A stretch of 64,000 nucleotides of DNA from Gouania willdenowi (lineage: Eukaryota). The position numbers and the translations under genes are program-made. The notes beneath the pieces are model-generated. The model was not told the DNA's origin. It made no database searches and saw nothing but the letters and a program-made list of their open reading frames with translations. The stretch spans positions 1,380,717 to 1,444,716 of the forward strand of contig NC_041064.1 of assembly GCF_900634775.1 (NCBI RefSeq), written 5' to 3'. Within the stretch, counting starts at the first letter, position 1. Each line of letters starts with the position of its first letter. Below, piece by piece: positions 23,768 to 35,123 of this stretch.

Positions 23768-24578
23768 GAAGCTGCACACTCCCACCAACTTCCTCCTCCT
23801 CTCTCTCGCTCTGTCAGATTTCTCTGTGGGATTTGTTTGGATTTCACAGATCCTGCTCTTAGACGGCTGCTGGTATTTCAGTGATGGCTGGTGTGTCTTT
23901 AATGCATTCTTAACTGCTTTTGTCACCTGTGCTTCAGTAGGAACTGTTGTGCTGATATCAGTTGATCGTTATGTGGCTGTTTGTGATCCAATGCACTATT
24001 CTACCAAAGTTACTCCAAACACAGCAAAGATGAGTGTTGTCTTATGTTGGTTTTGTTTCTTTGTCTTTTACACTGCAATGCTCAAAGACAATATTGAACA
24101 TCCAGGTGGGTTTAATACCTGTGTAGGAGAGTGTGTAGTTTATTTACCTCCTGTTGCAGGAATCATTCATATCATTTTTACTTTTATCTTTCCAGTGAGT
24201 ATCATAGTGGTCTTGTATGTGAGAGTGTTTGCAGTGGCTGTGTCTCAGGCCCGGGCCATGCGCTCTCATGTTACAGTGGTGACACTTCATGGATCACTGA
24301 AGGTTAACAGATCAGAGCTGAAAGCAGCCAGAACTCTGGGTGTAGTGGTTGTTGTGTTCATAATGTGTTTATCTCCACTTTATATTGCTACACTTTCAGC
24401 AGGGTTTGCAGGGTTAAAGGCATCATCTTATGTTGCTTTTTCATGTGTACATTTAATCAACTCCTTACTAAACCCTGTGATCTATGCATTTCTGTATCCT
24501 TGGTTCAGGAAATGTGTGAAATGTATTTTTTCTCTTCAGATTCTGAAGTCTGGTTCCAGTGAGGCCAACATACTGTAA
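23768..24578 (+). CDS. TAAR-family GPCR, copy 1, exon 2 (TM2-TM7 plus C-terminus). Stop codon TAA at 24576-24578. Total ~327 aa.
   Basis: Acceptor is ctcctgcAG|G at 23765-23767. The translation contains DRY (ISVDRY), C3.25, P5.50, and the TAAR fingerprint NSLLNPVIYAFLYPWF (NSxxNPxxYxxxYxWF). Position 3.32 is Thr, not Asp. Confidence 0.85.
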
Positions 24579-24725
24579 AGAGAGAGAGAGAGAGACTGCT
24601 GATGTGTAATTGTATCACACTGTGCTGTTGATGTCTGAAAATCTTCTTCTCAAACTGTGATGATTGTAGAGAGCAGCTGCTCACATGCAAAGTTTGTGTT
24701 GATGATATTTGGGAGTTGCCCTTGA

Positions 24726-24731
24726 AATAAA
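24726..24731 (+). promoter_or_regulatory. Candidate polyadenylation signal AATAAA, ~150 bp downstream of the TAAR copy 1 stop. The same motif is conserved at the equivalent position in all four units.
   Basis: Motif read in the sequence. Assignment to the TAAR transcript is inference. Confidence 0.25.
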
Positions 24732-25865
24732 ATGTGGATGATCTGCACACTAATGATGATTTGATCCAATGATTGGGATAAGTGGTGAGAAATACTTTGA
24801 GGTGAGGAAACAAATGAATGTTATTATGTAGTGATGAAACCAAATCAGGGTCTTGACATGAACTCAGGCGTTTAACTTTAACTTTACAAGCAGGATAAAT
24901 TGATGATCTTTAAATGAAAAATCCTCAGACAAATGTGCACAAACACTTGAAGGCCTGAACCTCACTGCATTATTCCTTTCATTACAGTAAAAACAATCAG
25001 AATAGGAGAGTTACATGTAACACTGTCTCTGTGTGCAGCATCACTGCCTGAAATCTAATCTACAGATGTGCCAAATGTTATAAAACATGATGATGATATG
25101 ATTCAGTGCCAGTGAGAACGACTCAAAGAATCATTTGAAGACTTTTCTTCATTATTCTAAATAGAATTACAATATTAATGTGAACAATCCAAAAATGTCA
25201 GAATTTAAAGCAATTTAAACATAAATACATATTGTGTATTTTCTTGAAGCGTAAGTGTTAAAGGGATAAAGCTGTAAAAAGGGGTGTATATACTTGTGTA
25301 TGTGTGGACAGATGAATGTATAGTGATCACATGAATTGTCGACCTTTGTACCAGATCTTTTATTGAACAGCTCCGATGACAGATGACAAGAGTTGTACTA
25401 TTTAAGAGTCGTACTATTTAAGAGGAGTATTATTTAAGAGTAGTATTATTTCCCAGTGTAATTTAATCTAGTTCATCACAAGCAGAGTTTTAACAGACTA
25501 AGCACACATGCAGGTGGACGGAGGAAGAAGTCTGTCTCTCTTCATGTCTAAGTCTATCTTTCTATCTGCATCTGTTCAAGCACAGTTATCCTCCTTTGTA
25601 CCCAGCAGAGTCTGGTCCAAACGTGATTTATCCATATACACCAGGACAGTCTAGCTCTGCTCTCTGTGTCAAAACTCCACAATGTGTAAGTATTCAAACC
25701 AAAGCAACAGAGTGTCAGGGCCTACCAGGGACAGACATTGAAAAATACTGGTAGTGGGCCATCAAAATGGAACCTTTTATTCCTCAACCCCCATAAAATG
25801 TATTAATGACCAAATCAGTAAATGTAGTTCTCTTTCATAATCTTCGTTCGATGTCTAAGTAATGT

Positions 25866-28560
25866 AGAAGTAAGTAAGTATGTACATTTTTATTTATAAA
25901 GTGCTTTTTGCAGATAAAAATCACAAAGGGCTGTACAAAATAGAGGATAAGTTAAAACAACTGGAGCAACATCATAAAAGCATAATAAAATGTAAGTGAA
26001 TTTACAACAACAGGAGCATTTATTAAAGAATAATAAAAGTTGAAGAAAAAAATGTTTAACCAAAAGCTTTACTGAAAAGCGAAGTCTTCAGGTGATTCTT
26101 AAGAGTTCACACAGTCAAGCTTCCGGAGGGACTGGTGAAGGTCATTCCAGAGTCTGGGGGCCACAGCCTAGAACTCCAGGTCTCCCTGGGTTTTAAAATT
26201 AGCTTTTGGGATCTTTAGGAGACCCTGGCCTGAAGACCAAAGGCTGCGCCCTGAAGTGTAGGGGTACAACAAGTCTGCGATATACTGAGGGGCCTGACCA
26301 TGCAAAGCACTGAAAGTCAGGACTGCAATTTTAAACAATATGCAAAATTTGACCGGTAGCCAATGAAGACTTGTAAGAATCGGGGTAATTTGGGCTTGCA
26401 GCATCATTCTGTACGATCTGAAGTCTGTTCAGTCGACTTGTTAAAACAAGTAAAAACAAAATTACAATAATCAATGCAAGACAATATAAACGCGTGGATG
26501 ATCATTTCGAGATCTGATTATGACAAGAGATTTCTCACTTTAAAGATATTTCTCAGGGGGTAAAATCAGTTTTCGGTTAGTTGACAACAGTGCCCTTCCA
26601 AATACATTGACTGATCAAACACAACCACAAGGTTTCTGAGGTTGGTTTTCACAGATGAGTCCAGAGCACCAAGGGAGTTCTTAATCAGGGGGATCTTTTT
26701 ATCAGGAGCGATGATCAGAGTGTCGATTTGTTGGAGTTTATTTGAAGATAATTTGATGACAACCAGTTTTTGATTAAAGACACACAATCCAAGAACTCAG
26801 ATAAACAGTGAAACTCTTTGTCATAAAAGGAGCAATATAGCTGAATATCATCTGCATAGAAATAAGACACATTTTCAAAACCACAGATAAACCAACCAAG
26901 AGGCATCAGGTACAATAAAAACAGGCCCCAGAACAGAGCCCTGGGCTACTCCACATGACAGGTTGGACACATTGGACATTACATCGTTAATAGTAACAAA
27001 AGTTCTTCCATTTTTATAAGAAATAAACCACTGGAGAAAAGCTCCAGAAAACCTCATCTCAGATTTGAGTCGATCAACCAGTATACTGTGATCTACAGAG
27101 TCAAAGGCAGATGTTAAATGAAGTAAAACCAAAACTGTGTCGTGACCAGAGTCAGCAGCCGTCACCACGTCACTGGAAACTTTGACAAGAGCAGTTTCAG
27201 TGGAGTGGATTGACCTGAAGCCAGATATATATTTATCATGAAAATCATGCTGTTTCAAGAATGTGGTTAGCTGCTTATCCACAACTTTTTCCCTTATTTT
27301 TGACATGAGGAGAAGTTTAGATATGGGCCGGTAATTTATAGGCTCCCCGGGATCAATATGAGGCTTTTTAAGAATGGGATTCACAATAGCATGTTTAAAG
27401 AAGCTGGGGACTGAGCCAGATTGAAGTGAAAGGTTTATCAAATTTACCATCTAACACACAATGAGGGTTCATCTTTTCCACTAAAACCTGAACATCCAGT
27501 AGGCTGACAGGAGTGAAGGAGGACCTTGAGCACACAGGGGCAGATGCAGTGCACAAGCTAACCAAGGGAGGAGTGATACTGGCCCTAATGTCTTGCACTT
27601 TGTTCACAAATAAGTTCAGAAAATTATTGGAGTCATCCTTTGTGTGCACAGGCACATGGGGGATGGGGGCGCAACAAGATTTTCAATAGTGTCAAATAAG
27701 ACTTTTAGGGTTCTCTTGTTACGCAAAACAAGATTTGAGAAAGAAGCTGAGCAAGCAAGTTTTATTTCATTTAGCTCCATTATCATTTCTTTAAGAAGTG
27801 AATTCATCAAGAAATAATTGAGCACGACCAGGAGGTTGGTAGACTAAAACAAAGTTAAAAGGGTGTTCGTTTCCAACCTTACACGTCTGAAACTTGAAGG
27901 AGTTGTACGTGTTCGTGTCCATCAGTCTGCAGCCAAGAAAGTCACGGTATACTAGCCCCAAACTGCCTCCATGACGCGTGAGTTGAGGAGTCCCAACCAC
28001 GAAGCAGTCCGGAGGGCACAGTTCAATAAGATGAACAAACTCATTCTCCCGCTGCCAGGTCTCCATGAGGCACATAACATCCAGCTCGCGGGACATGAAA
28101 AAGTCCTTCAGGAGATGTGCCTTGTTGGCTAGTGATCTAGCATTCTACTGGCACCAGCGTAGACACTTCCTCGTAAGCCCATGAAGAGCTGTGGTACAGC
28201 GGCCGAAGGCATCCCTAATCCACACCACGGTGCCGGAGTCCACCGCGTCGACCCCATTTTTTGGCAGGCTTCCTCCGCAGGACAGGTGAGCGCAGCAGAT
28301 CAGCAGGTACGAAAGCCAAGTGTGGAAGAAGTCCAGATACTTGATCCTCAAAGTTGTAGTTTAGACACACCTCATAAGATTAGTTAAGATTAATAAGTGC
28401 CTGACGGTCATACACTATCAATGCAGTGATATTTTGGCACAAAATACTGAACAATGCAGCAACAAACAATAGTTTCAGCAGAGCAGACTCTATGGCCATC
28501 TTGTCAAGGCTATAGTGACCAGCTAACTGCCAGTGTTAGCGCTAGCTAACAACCTCAACT
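25866..28560 (-). mobile_element. L2-clade LINE, unit 1 copy, internally deleted. Contains a partial EN, the pre-RT region, RT, the ORF2 C-terminus, and a 3'UTR ending in a (GTAA)n-type tail at ~25866-25885.
   Basis: Minus-strand ORFs: EN MSRELDVMCLMETWQRENEFVHLIELCP...VLVYQPPGRAQLFLDEFTS (27791-28096). RT ...[53 protein letters not shown]...VLVLLHLTSAFDSVDHSILVDRLK (26875-27450). C-terminus ...LTSLHWLPVKFCILFKIAVLTFSALHGQAPQYIADLL (26168-26407). The 3' end aaagtgctttataaataaaaatgtacatacttacttac is typical of an L2 tail. The 5' boundary is approximate. Confidence 0.75.
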
Positions 28561-28829
28561 CCCTGCCTGTGCACCCACTCACAAGGGATAGAGGCCAAAG
28601 CCCCTCACACCAGAGGATTTGGAGACTCCAGAGCCTGACTCTTTTGATGCAAGAATAAAATATCGAGCCAAGACACACACCGGGTCTGCTCGAGCTGCTT
28701 GGGGCTGAAACATGCCTGGCTGGCGGTCGATGTTCCCGGCTTCTGTTGACACTGTGCGGTGTTCACAGTGAAGAGTCTCCACAGATGCCATGCTAGCTTG
28801 TCTGGGCTGGGGATCGGTGAAAGACATCC

Positions 28830-31800
28830 TTGAACTGGACTGTGGGGAGGATTAAGATGCCGCCTCTGAACCCCTCATATCAGAGAATGAAGAAGAAGAC
28901 ACTGTCTTCATCACTCCGGCCCTCCGTTGCCTCTCGGGATGGAGATGAGGGAAGCACACCAGCTCCAATTCTCAATGGCTCAAATATGCTCCATATGTGC
29001 AAACGCACTGCTGCCCGGCAAGCCATTCTCTGTCGGAAAAGATTTCCCACGGCCAATAGCAGCAGAAGCGCGCTGCCCGGTGCCTCATCCCTCAACTGTG
29101 AAGCAGACCCAGGCACCCCTGGAATGCCTGGGTCTGCTCCGCTTGCCTTCGGTGGAGCCACTTGTTCCGCAACTGTCAGCAGTGTCCTCCCGGAGGCTGA
29201 GCCTGCCATTCAAGTCTGACTGTCTCCAGTCAGCCCTGACTGAGAAGGCTTACAAGGCAGTGGCGCTTACTGCGAGAGCGCTCAACGTTCTCTCCTTGCA
29301 CACTGCCTATCAGGCTGAGCTGTGCAAGGTTTTTGGGCTTACTCAGGACCCGGCCAGGTGGGAGGAGTTGTCAGTTGTCACCGACCTGTGTCTTTGTGTT
29401 TACCGCTGAAGGAAACTGGTCGGACGGAGAAAAGGGCGATGTCCTGGACATGCCAGTAGTCCCAGAGGGGGTTTTTGGATCTGCATTGGCCTCGATGCAA
29501 TGGCGGTGGGAATCCAACAAGAAGGATGACGGGGCTCCCTGCCTCTGTTTCCCTTGTAAAACCCCAGCTCCATCTCAGGGCTTGCAGTTTAAAATGTCTA
29601 AACTGTCTGTGCCCTGGCCCATCCTGCCATTTCAAAACAGTCTTTCTGGCTGTTCCAATAAGCCTTCGGCCTCGGCGCAGCATGCCCAGGCCAGGAAGAA
29701 GAAGAGAGCAGCCTGACCGCCCCTCTCTCCTCCGGTGACACAGCTGGAAGTCCCTCGTTCTCCAGCTCCACCTATTTTGCTTTCGAGCTTGCACTCATGG
29801 GTCCCCCACGCCCCTGTCTCCCCGCTACCATGCCCCGTACCGGAGGTCGCCTTGAAAGACGGACATGTTTCGACAAAGGACTCAGCGGTTTCCCCTCTTT
29901 CATGTCCACAAGCATGCACACACACACACACAATTTATTTAAAATAATAACGTGTCTCGCTGTTGCACCCAGGCCACTGGCCAAGGGCGCAGGAAATGAA
30001 AGCATAATCTGTCACAATAAGCAGCGCAGTGACAGCTCCCACTGTTTCCCCTCGGATGTGCAAACGATGCTTGCCCTGCGGTATTTGATCTTGCATTTAT
30101 GTGCACTGAACAGATACAGGTTCAGGCTGCTTATGCATGCCTCCCTGCTGCGTCTTTTGTGACAGAACAATTGGTTCGTGTCTGTCTACCTGAAGGACGC
30201 GTATTTCCACATCTCAATATATCCTCCCCACAGAAAGTATCTGAAAAGCTTTCCGGGGGATAGGTTACATATACCGCTTGCTCACTCTCTTCTGCTTCTT
30301 GACAAAGGGACAAAGGCAGTCGCATTTTTCATCTCCTGCTCTCCTCCCTATCTACCCTTGCTGCTTGTTTTGTCTGCTGCTATTAGGAGACTCTCTTTGT
30401 ATTCATCCAAAACCGAAATTATGAAATTGGTCTGCTGGTCATTTAATGTTATTTATGAAGTTTTTCAATGAAAATACCAGGCCGAGGTGAGCCTGCATGC
30501 CCTGATGGCTCTTTTCGAGCTGGATACACAATGAATTCCTGGAAGGTAGTATGTCTGTCGCTATTCCCCATTGAGGACATCAAGGATATATACATGAATG
30601 GAATCATGTTAGCAGGGATGCTGCTAATTGGAGCTGGCGGCTATCTGATCTATCGCAAAGTCTGTATTACGTTTGCAGCCATTTTGGGAAGGCTGCCAGT
30701 CAACACTGAAGGTTTGGGCAGGGCGTTGAACTCTGACTATAAGGAATCGATCTTGGAAAGAATGGAGAGGATGTTTGATCCCACAATATTAGATTACTGT
30801 GACCAGAGACTTTCAAGGATCCTGGAAAGAATGCTAGCCTGTAACAAAAACAATTCACTATCAACGATTGGCCTCCCACAACATGCTTAAGGATGTGTCC
30901 AATTTCACTGGGATGTTTACAGATGTGACTCTCTGTCCTCATCCCAGCTGAACTCTTGGCTCTGAACCATAACATCCGACTGTATCAGAGGAGAGCAAAG
31001 TTTATTGAGTCTGTCTTCTCTGCTTTGGTTTGGTTTCCGGCCCTCTACCCCCCACCTTCCCCTCCAGCTCATGGAAGTGTGTGGAGAAGCGCCTACTACT
31101 GGCAGCACGCTGCAACCCCCCTCCCCCAGCGGCTGGATATCCCCTCCCCCTCTTTGCCCCCGACCCACATCCAACCCCCACCATCCCATGTGCTATACTG
31201 TGACTGTGTTATCTTATTTGTGTTTTTCTAGCTGAGAGGTTTTTCCTGGTTCTGTACTTTGTTCTCCTTTTGAGAATTCAGTTCATAATCAGTTTTTCCC
31301 CTAACCTCTCCTTCTGTTGTTTTCCCTTTTTTCATCTAAATATGGGGCGCCTCCAATGCCCTTGACCCACAATTCTGCCGTTTTTGTCTCTCATGTTATT
31401 TGTTACTGTTTTTCCATGTTTTTATCTGTGAAAAGCACTCTATAAATAAAGATTACTTTCTGACTTACTCCCTTTCTGTCTTTCTTTAAGCCCGAGGGTG
31501 TAAGTCTTGCTGAGACGGCAGGGCATCCGCTTGTCGGAGGTGGAAGCCAGAGCGCACACGCGTATGCTATTACCTGTCACCTGTTCTACCTGGGTTTTGT
31601 GATAAACTCGGAAAAGAGCATGTTGTCCCCAGCATAGGAAATGGCCTTCCTGGTACTATCCCTGCACTCAGCGTCTTTCACGACGCACCTCTCAGTGGAA
31701 CGAGTGAAAGCGTTCAGGGCATGCCTCACACTTTTCCAACTGTGCAAATCTGTTCAATTCAGATTATGTCTTCGGGAATTCGGGCTGATGGCATCTGTCA

Positions 31801-33490
31801 TCCTCCTACTCTGCCTCGGTCGCCTCCAGAATTCTAGCTGTGGGTGGACTCGTGCGGGCTGGACCACATACAGAATGGCACACGGAGGGTACTGGTCAAG
31901 CCGGAGTGTGCCGAGGCTTTATACAGAGTCCCGGTTTTCATGACGCACGGTGTGCCTACCGGGTGCTGTTATGTCCAGGAAGGTGGTCACCATGGACACC
32001 AGCCTGACAGGTTGGGGTGGGGTTCACGAGGGCCGGTCTCTGAGGGGCCACTGGAGTGTGGACCTCCAGCGCTCTCGCATAAATTATTTGGAGCTTTCAG
32101 CGGTTTTACTCACTGAAAATTATCCTCCCGTCTCTCATGGGACACCATATCCTGGTGAGGACGAACAATACAACGACGGTGGCGTATATCAACGCCAGGG
32201 TGGATTGCTCTGCTGTCGGTTTCATATGTTGGCACGCAAACTGATTCTGTGGAGTTGTGGTTGCTTCCTCTCTCTGAGGGCGACACACATCCAGAGAGTC
32301 CTGAACACGGACGCTGACCTGTTGTCCAAGGACGCGCTGTTGTCCAAGGACGCGCTGCTGTACAGGGTGTGGATGTTACACCCGTACATGGTGCAACAGT
32401 TACCGACCCGTTACGAGTTCTTTTCACCGAGGCAGGAGATGCACAGTGTACGCTGTTTAACTCCCTGCCCAGCACGGGCGCTCCCCTCGGCATACTATAC
32501 AGATTGCCTGAGCGTTGTTTGGGGATGGTGTCACCAGAAGTGACATACCCCGTTTCAGTGTCCGGTAGGAATGATTTTGTCATTTTTGCAGGATCTGATT
32601 GACGAACGGAAAGACTGTGACAGTGTGTTTGGCAGTGATTGCCGCCTGTCACGTGGGCTTTGGGAAGAAAACAGCAACACCTAACCCCTAACCCAACACC
32701 CAGTGATTTGCCGTTTTATGAAAGGAGCATGCAGGCTCCTCCCCGTGTCCAGACCGCTGGTGCCACCGTGGGATCTGGCAGTAGAGGGACAAAAATGTCT
32801 TTTTTTTGAACCGCTAAGGGAGACAGACTTTAAGTTTGTCTCTCTGAAAACAGTTTTGTTACTGGCTCTGGTGGGTCAGTGACATCCATGCGTTTTTGGT
32901 ACACCCGTCATTCGCTCAGCTCTTCCCGGGCAATGTAAGGCTGATTTTGAAGACGAACTTGGCCTTTGTACTGAAGGTGTTGGGCTCATGTTCTCCAATT
33001 GACCTCATGACCTTCTCTATCTCATAGGGTGAGCAGCGGCCTCATTTGTTGTATCCGGTCTTTGCAGTGCACGCTTACAGTGCATGGACATGACGGGGAG
33101 CTTCAACTGTTCGTCTCCTGGGCTAATCTTCATAAGGGAAAACCTGTCACAAAGCAGCGCCTGTCCCCCTTTGTGGTGGAGACTGGTGCCCTGCTGTGCC
33201 TGGGTGATAGAGGTTGCCACCGTGTTCTGTGGGGCCAGTATAGTTCTGGGGGTGCCGCGGAGTGAGTTTCCGGCTGTGCTGCTTGGCACGTCCCTGGGGC
33301 CTCGCTGTGCCGCTTGTGTTCCTCTCCAGTTGCTTGCTGTCTGGACAGGCCGTGCTCACAGCAGACAGGCCTCCTACACAGACACTACACTTAATTTCCA
33401 GCTGGTCTGGCTCTTTCACGTTGTGTATCACACCCCTATCCAACCCATGGGGGTCTGGATGATGGGGGCCCCGTGCCACTAATGCTTTTT
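28830..33490 (+). mobile_element. DIRS-like YR retroelement, unit 1 copy. Degenerate: gag-like region, RT, RNase H and a tyrosine recombinase, all frameshifted.
   Basis: RT is shown by ...LCALNRYRFRLLMHASLLRLL.QNNWFMSVYLKDAYFHISIYPPHRKYLKSFPGDRLHIP (30080-30300). RNase H is shown by MDTSLTGWGGVHEGRSLRGHWSVDLQRSRINYLELSAVLL...VYQRQGGLLCC...LRATHIQRVLNTDADLLSKD (31990-32350). YR is shown by PVSRPLVPPWDLAV... and ...LQLFVSWANLHKGKPVTKQRLSPFVVE (32740-33200). The 5' boundary is approximate. Confidence 0.7.
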
Positions 33491-34002
33491 ATGTTTTATT
33501 AAGCTTAACATGTAAACATTATCAGTGCGGGTGGAAAAAGTATGTGAGCAGGCCGTTTCTGAGAGAGATCTTAATTTTTTTTTTTTTTTTCTTTTAACCT
33601 TGTCTGCACATGAGGGAGATCTTAATAAATGTGAGTAAAGTACAATCATCATCTGAATCTGTTCTAGTGTCTAAAGGACCCTTAACTGAGCAAGTGATTT
33701 GTCACACAAGTATAAGAACACCTCAAACCTGGACAATTTGGTGTTATCAAATTAATAGAAATGGCATCTGGATGGTGTAAAGCAAACTGTATGATGTCAT
33801 CAAGAATAGACGCCCTCACAGGAGCAAGAATACATTCTGTTTTTATCATTACATAACTTGTAGAGCCATAGGTCTCTGAGGGAGGTTCCATCCTCAGGTC
33901 CAACCTCCACATCCCTGTGTTTGAGCAGGAATAATATATCAGTTGTACATCAGAGAGCCTGAGGCAGAACGCTGCAGAGCTCAGCAGGTTCTCCTCCTCA
34001 CT

Positions 34003-34175
34003 ATGAGCACACCTGATGAAGCTGAGCTCTGCTATCCACACCTGGGAAACTCCTCGTGCAGGAGGATCATGCGCTCTCACTCAGTGTCTGTGCTCATTTC
34101 CATCATCCTGTCCTCCATCTCTGTGCTCACTGTGACCCTCAACCTGCTGGTCATCATCTCTATCTCACACTTCAA
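34003..34175 (+). CDS. TAAR-family GPCR, copy 2, exon 1.
   Basis: Identical in protein to exon 1 of copy 1. Donor is AA|GTAATG at 34176. Confidence 0.8.
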
Positions 34176-34312
34176 GTAATGACATGTTCTGTTGTTTAAT
34201 GAACTGTTGTTACATTGTTGAATGTTTCTGTGTTTGACTCCTGCTGTTATCTGCTTTGATCAGAACTGTCGTATAATATAATGATCAGTGTGTTGCTCTC
34301 TAACTCCTGCAG

Positions 34313-35123
34313 GAAGCTGCACACTCCCACCAACTTCCTCCTCCTCTCTCTCGCTCTGTCAGATTTCTCTGTGGGATTTGTTTGGATTTCACAGATCCTG
34401 CTCTTAGACGGCTGCTGGTATTTCAGTGATGGCTGGTGTGTCTTTAATGCATTCTTAACTGCTTTTGTCACCTCTGCTTCAGTAGGAACTGTTGTGCTGA
34501 TATCAGTTGATCGTTATGTGGCTGTTTGTGATCCAATGCACTATTCTACCAAAGTTACTCCAAACACAACAAAGATGAGTGTTGTCTTATGTTGGTTTTG
34601 TTTCTTTGTCTTTTACACTACAATGCTCAAAGACAATATTGAACATCCAGGTGGGTTTAATACCTGTGTAGGAGAGTGTGTAATTTATTTACCTCCGGTT
34701 GCAGGAATTGTGAGTCTCCTTCTGAAATTCCTCATTCCAGTGAGTATCATAGTGGTCTTGTATGTGAGAGTGTTTGCAGTGGCTGTGTCTCAGGCCCGGG
34801 CCATGCGCTCTCATGTTACAGTGGTGACACTTCATGGATCACTGAAGGTTAACAGATCAGAGCTGAAAGCAGCCAGAGCTCTGGGTGTAGTGGTTGTTGT
34901 GTCTATAATGTGTTTATCTCCACTTTATATTGCTACACTTTCAGCAGGGTTTGCAGGGTTAAAGGCATCATCTTATGTTGCTTTTTCATGTGTACATTTA
35001 ATCAACTCCTTACTAAACCCTGTGATCTATGCATTTCTGTATCCTTGGTTCAGGAAATGTGTGAAATGTATTTTTTCTCTTCAGATTCTGAAGTCTGGTT
35101 CCAGTGAGGCCAACATACTGTAA
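34313..35123 (+). CDS. TAAR-family GPCR, copy 2, exon 2. Stop at 35121-35123.
   Basis: Same motifs as copy 1. The TM5 segment reads AGIVSLLLKFLIP where copy 1 reads AGIIHIIFTFIFP. TM3 reads VTSAS where copy 1 reads VTCAS. Confidence 0.85.

Noticed and set aside
28830-29800. ORFs MNWTVGRIKMPPLNPSYQRMKKK... and MPLGMEMREAHQLQF... repeated in every unit
   Set aside because: They are mutually frameshifted pieces of the DIRS-like 5' (gag-like) region. They are conserved only because the TE was co-duplicated, not independent host genes.
33682-34080. Minus-strand 132-aa ORF (also at 23272-23535, 45815-46192 and 56125-56523) that looks conserved in all four units
   Set aside because: It is antisense to TAAR exon 1 and its 5' flank. 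The conservation is a consequence of unit duplication. The same applies to the antisense ORFs over the TAAR 3' ends (24505-24843 and paralogs).
34701-34745. Splice-site-like motifs inside TAAR copy 2/4 exon 2 (ttgcAG|GAATT and TT|GTGAGT around the divergent TM5 patch)
   Set aside because: The ORF is continuous and GPCR TM5 is intact when read through. An intron here would delete conserved TM5 residues. The motifs are coincidental.
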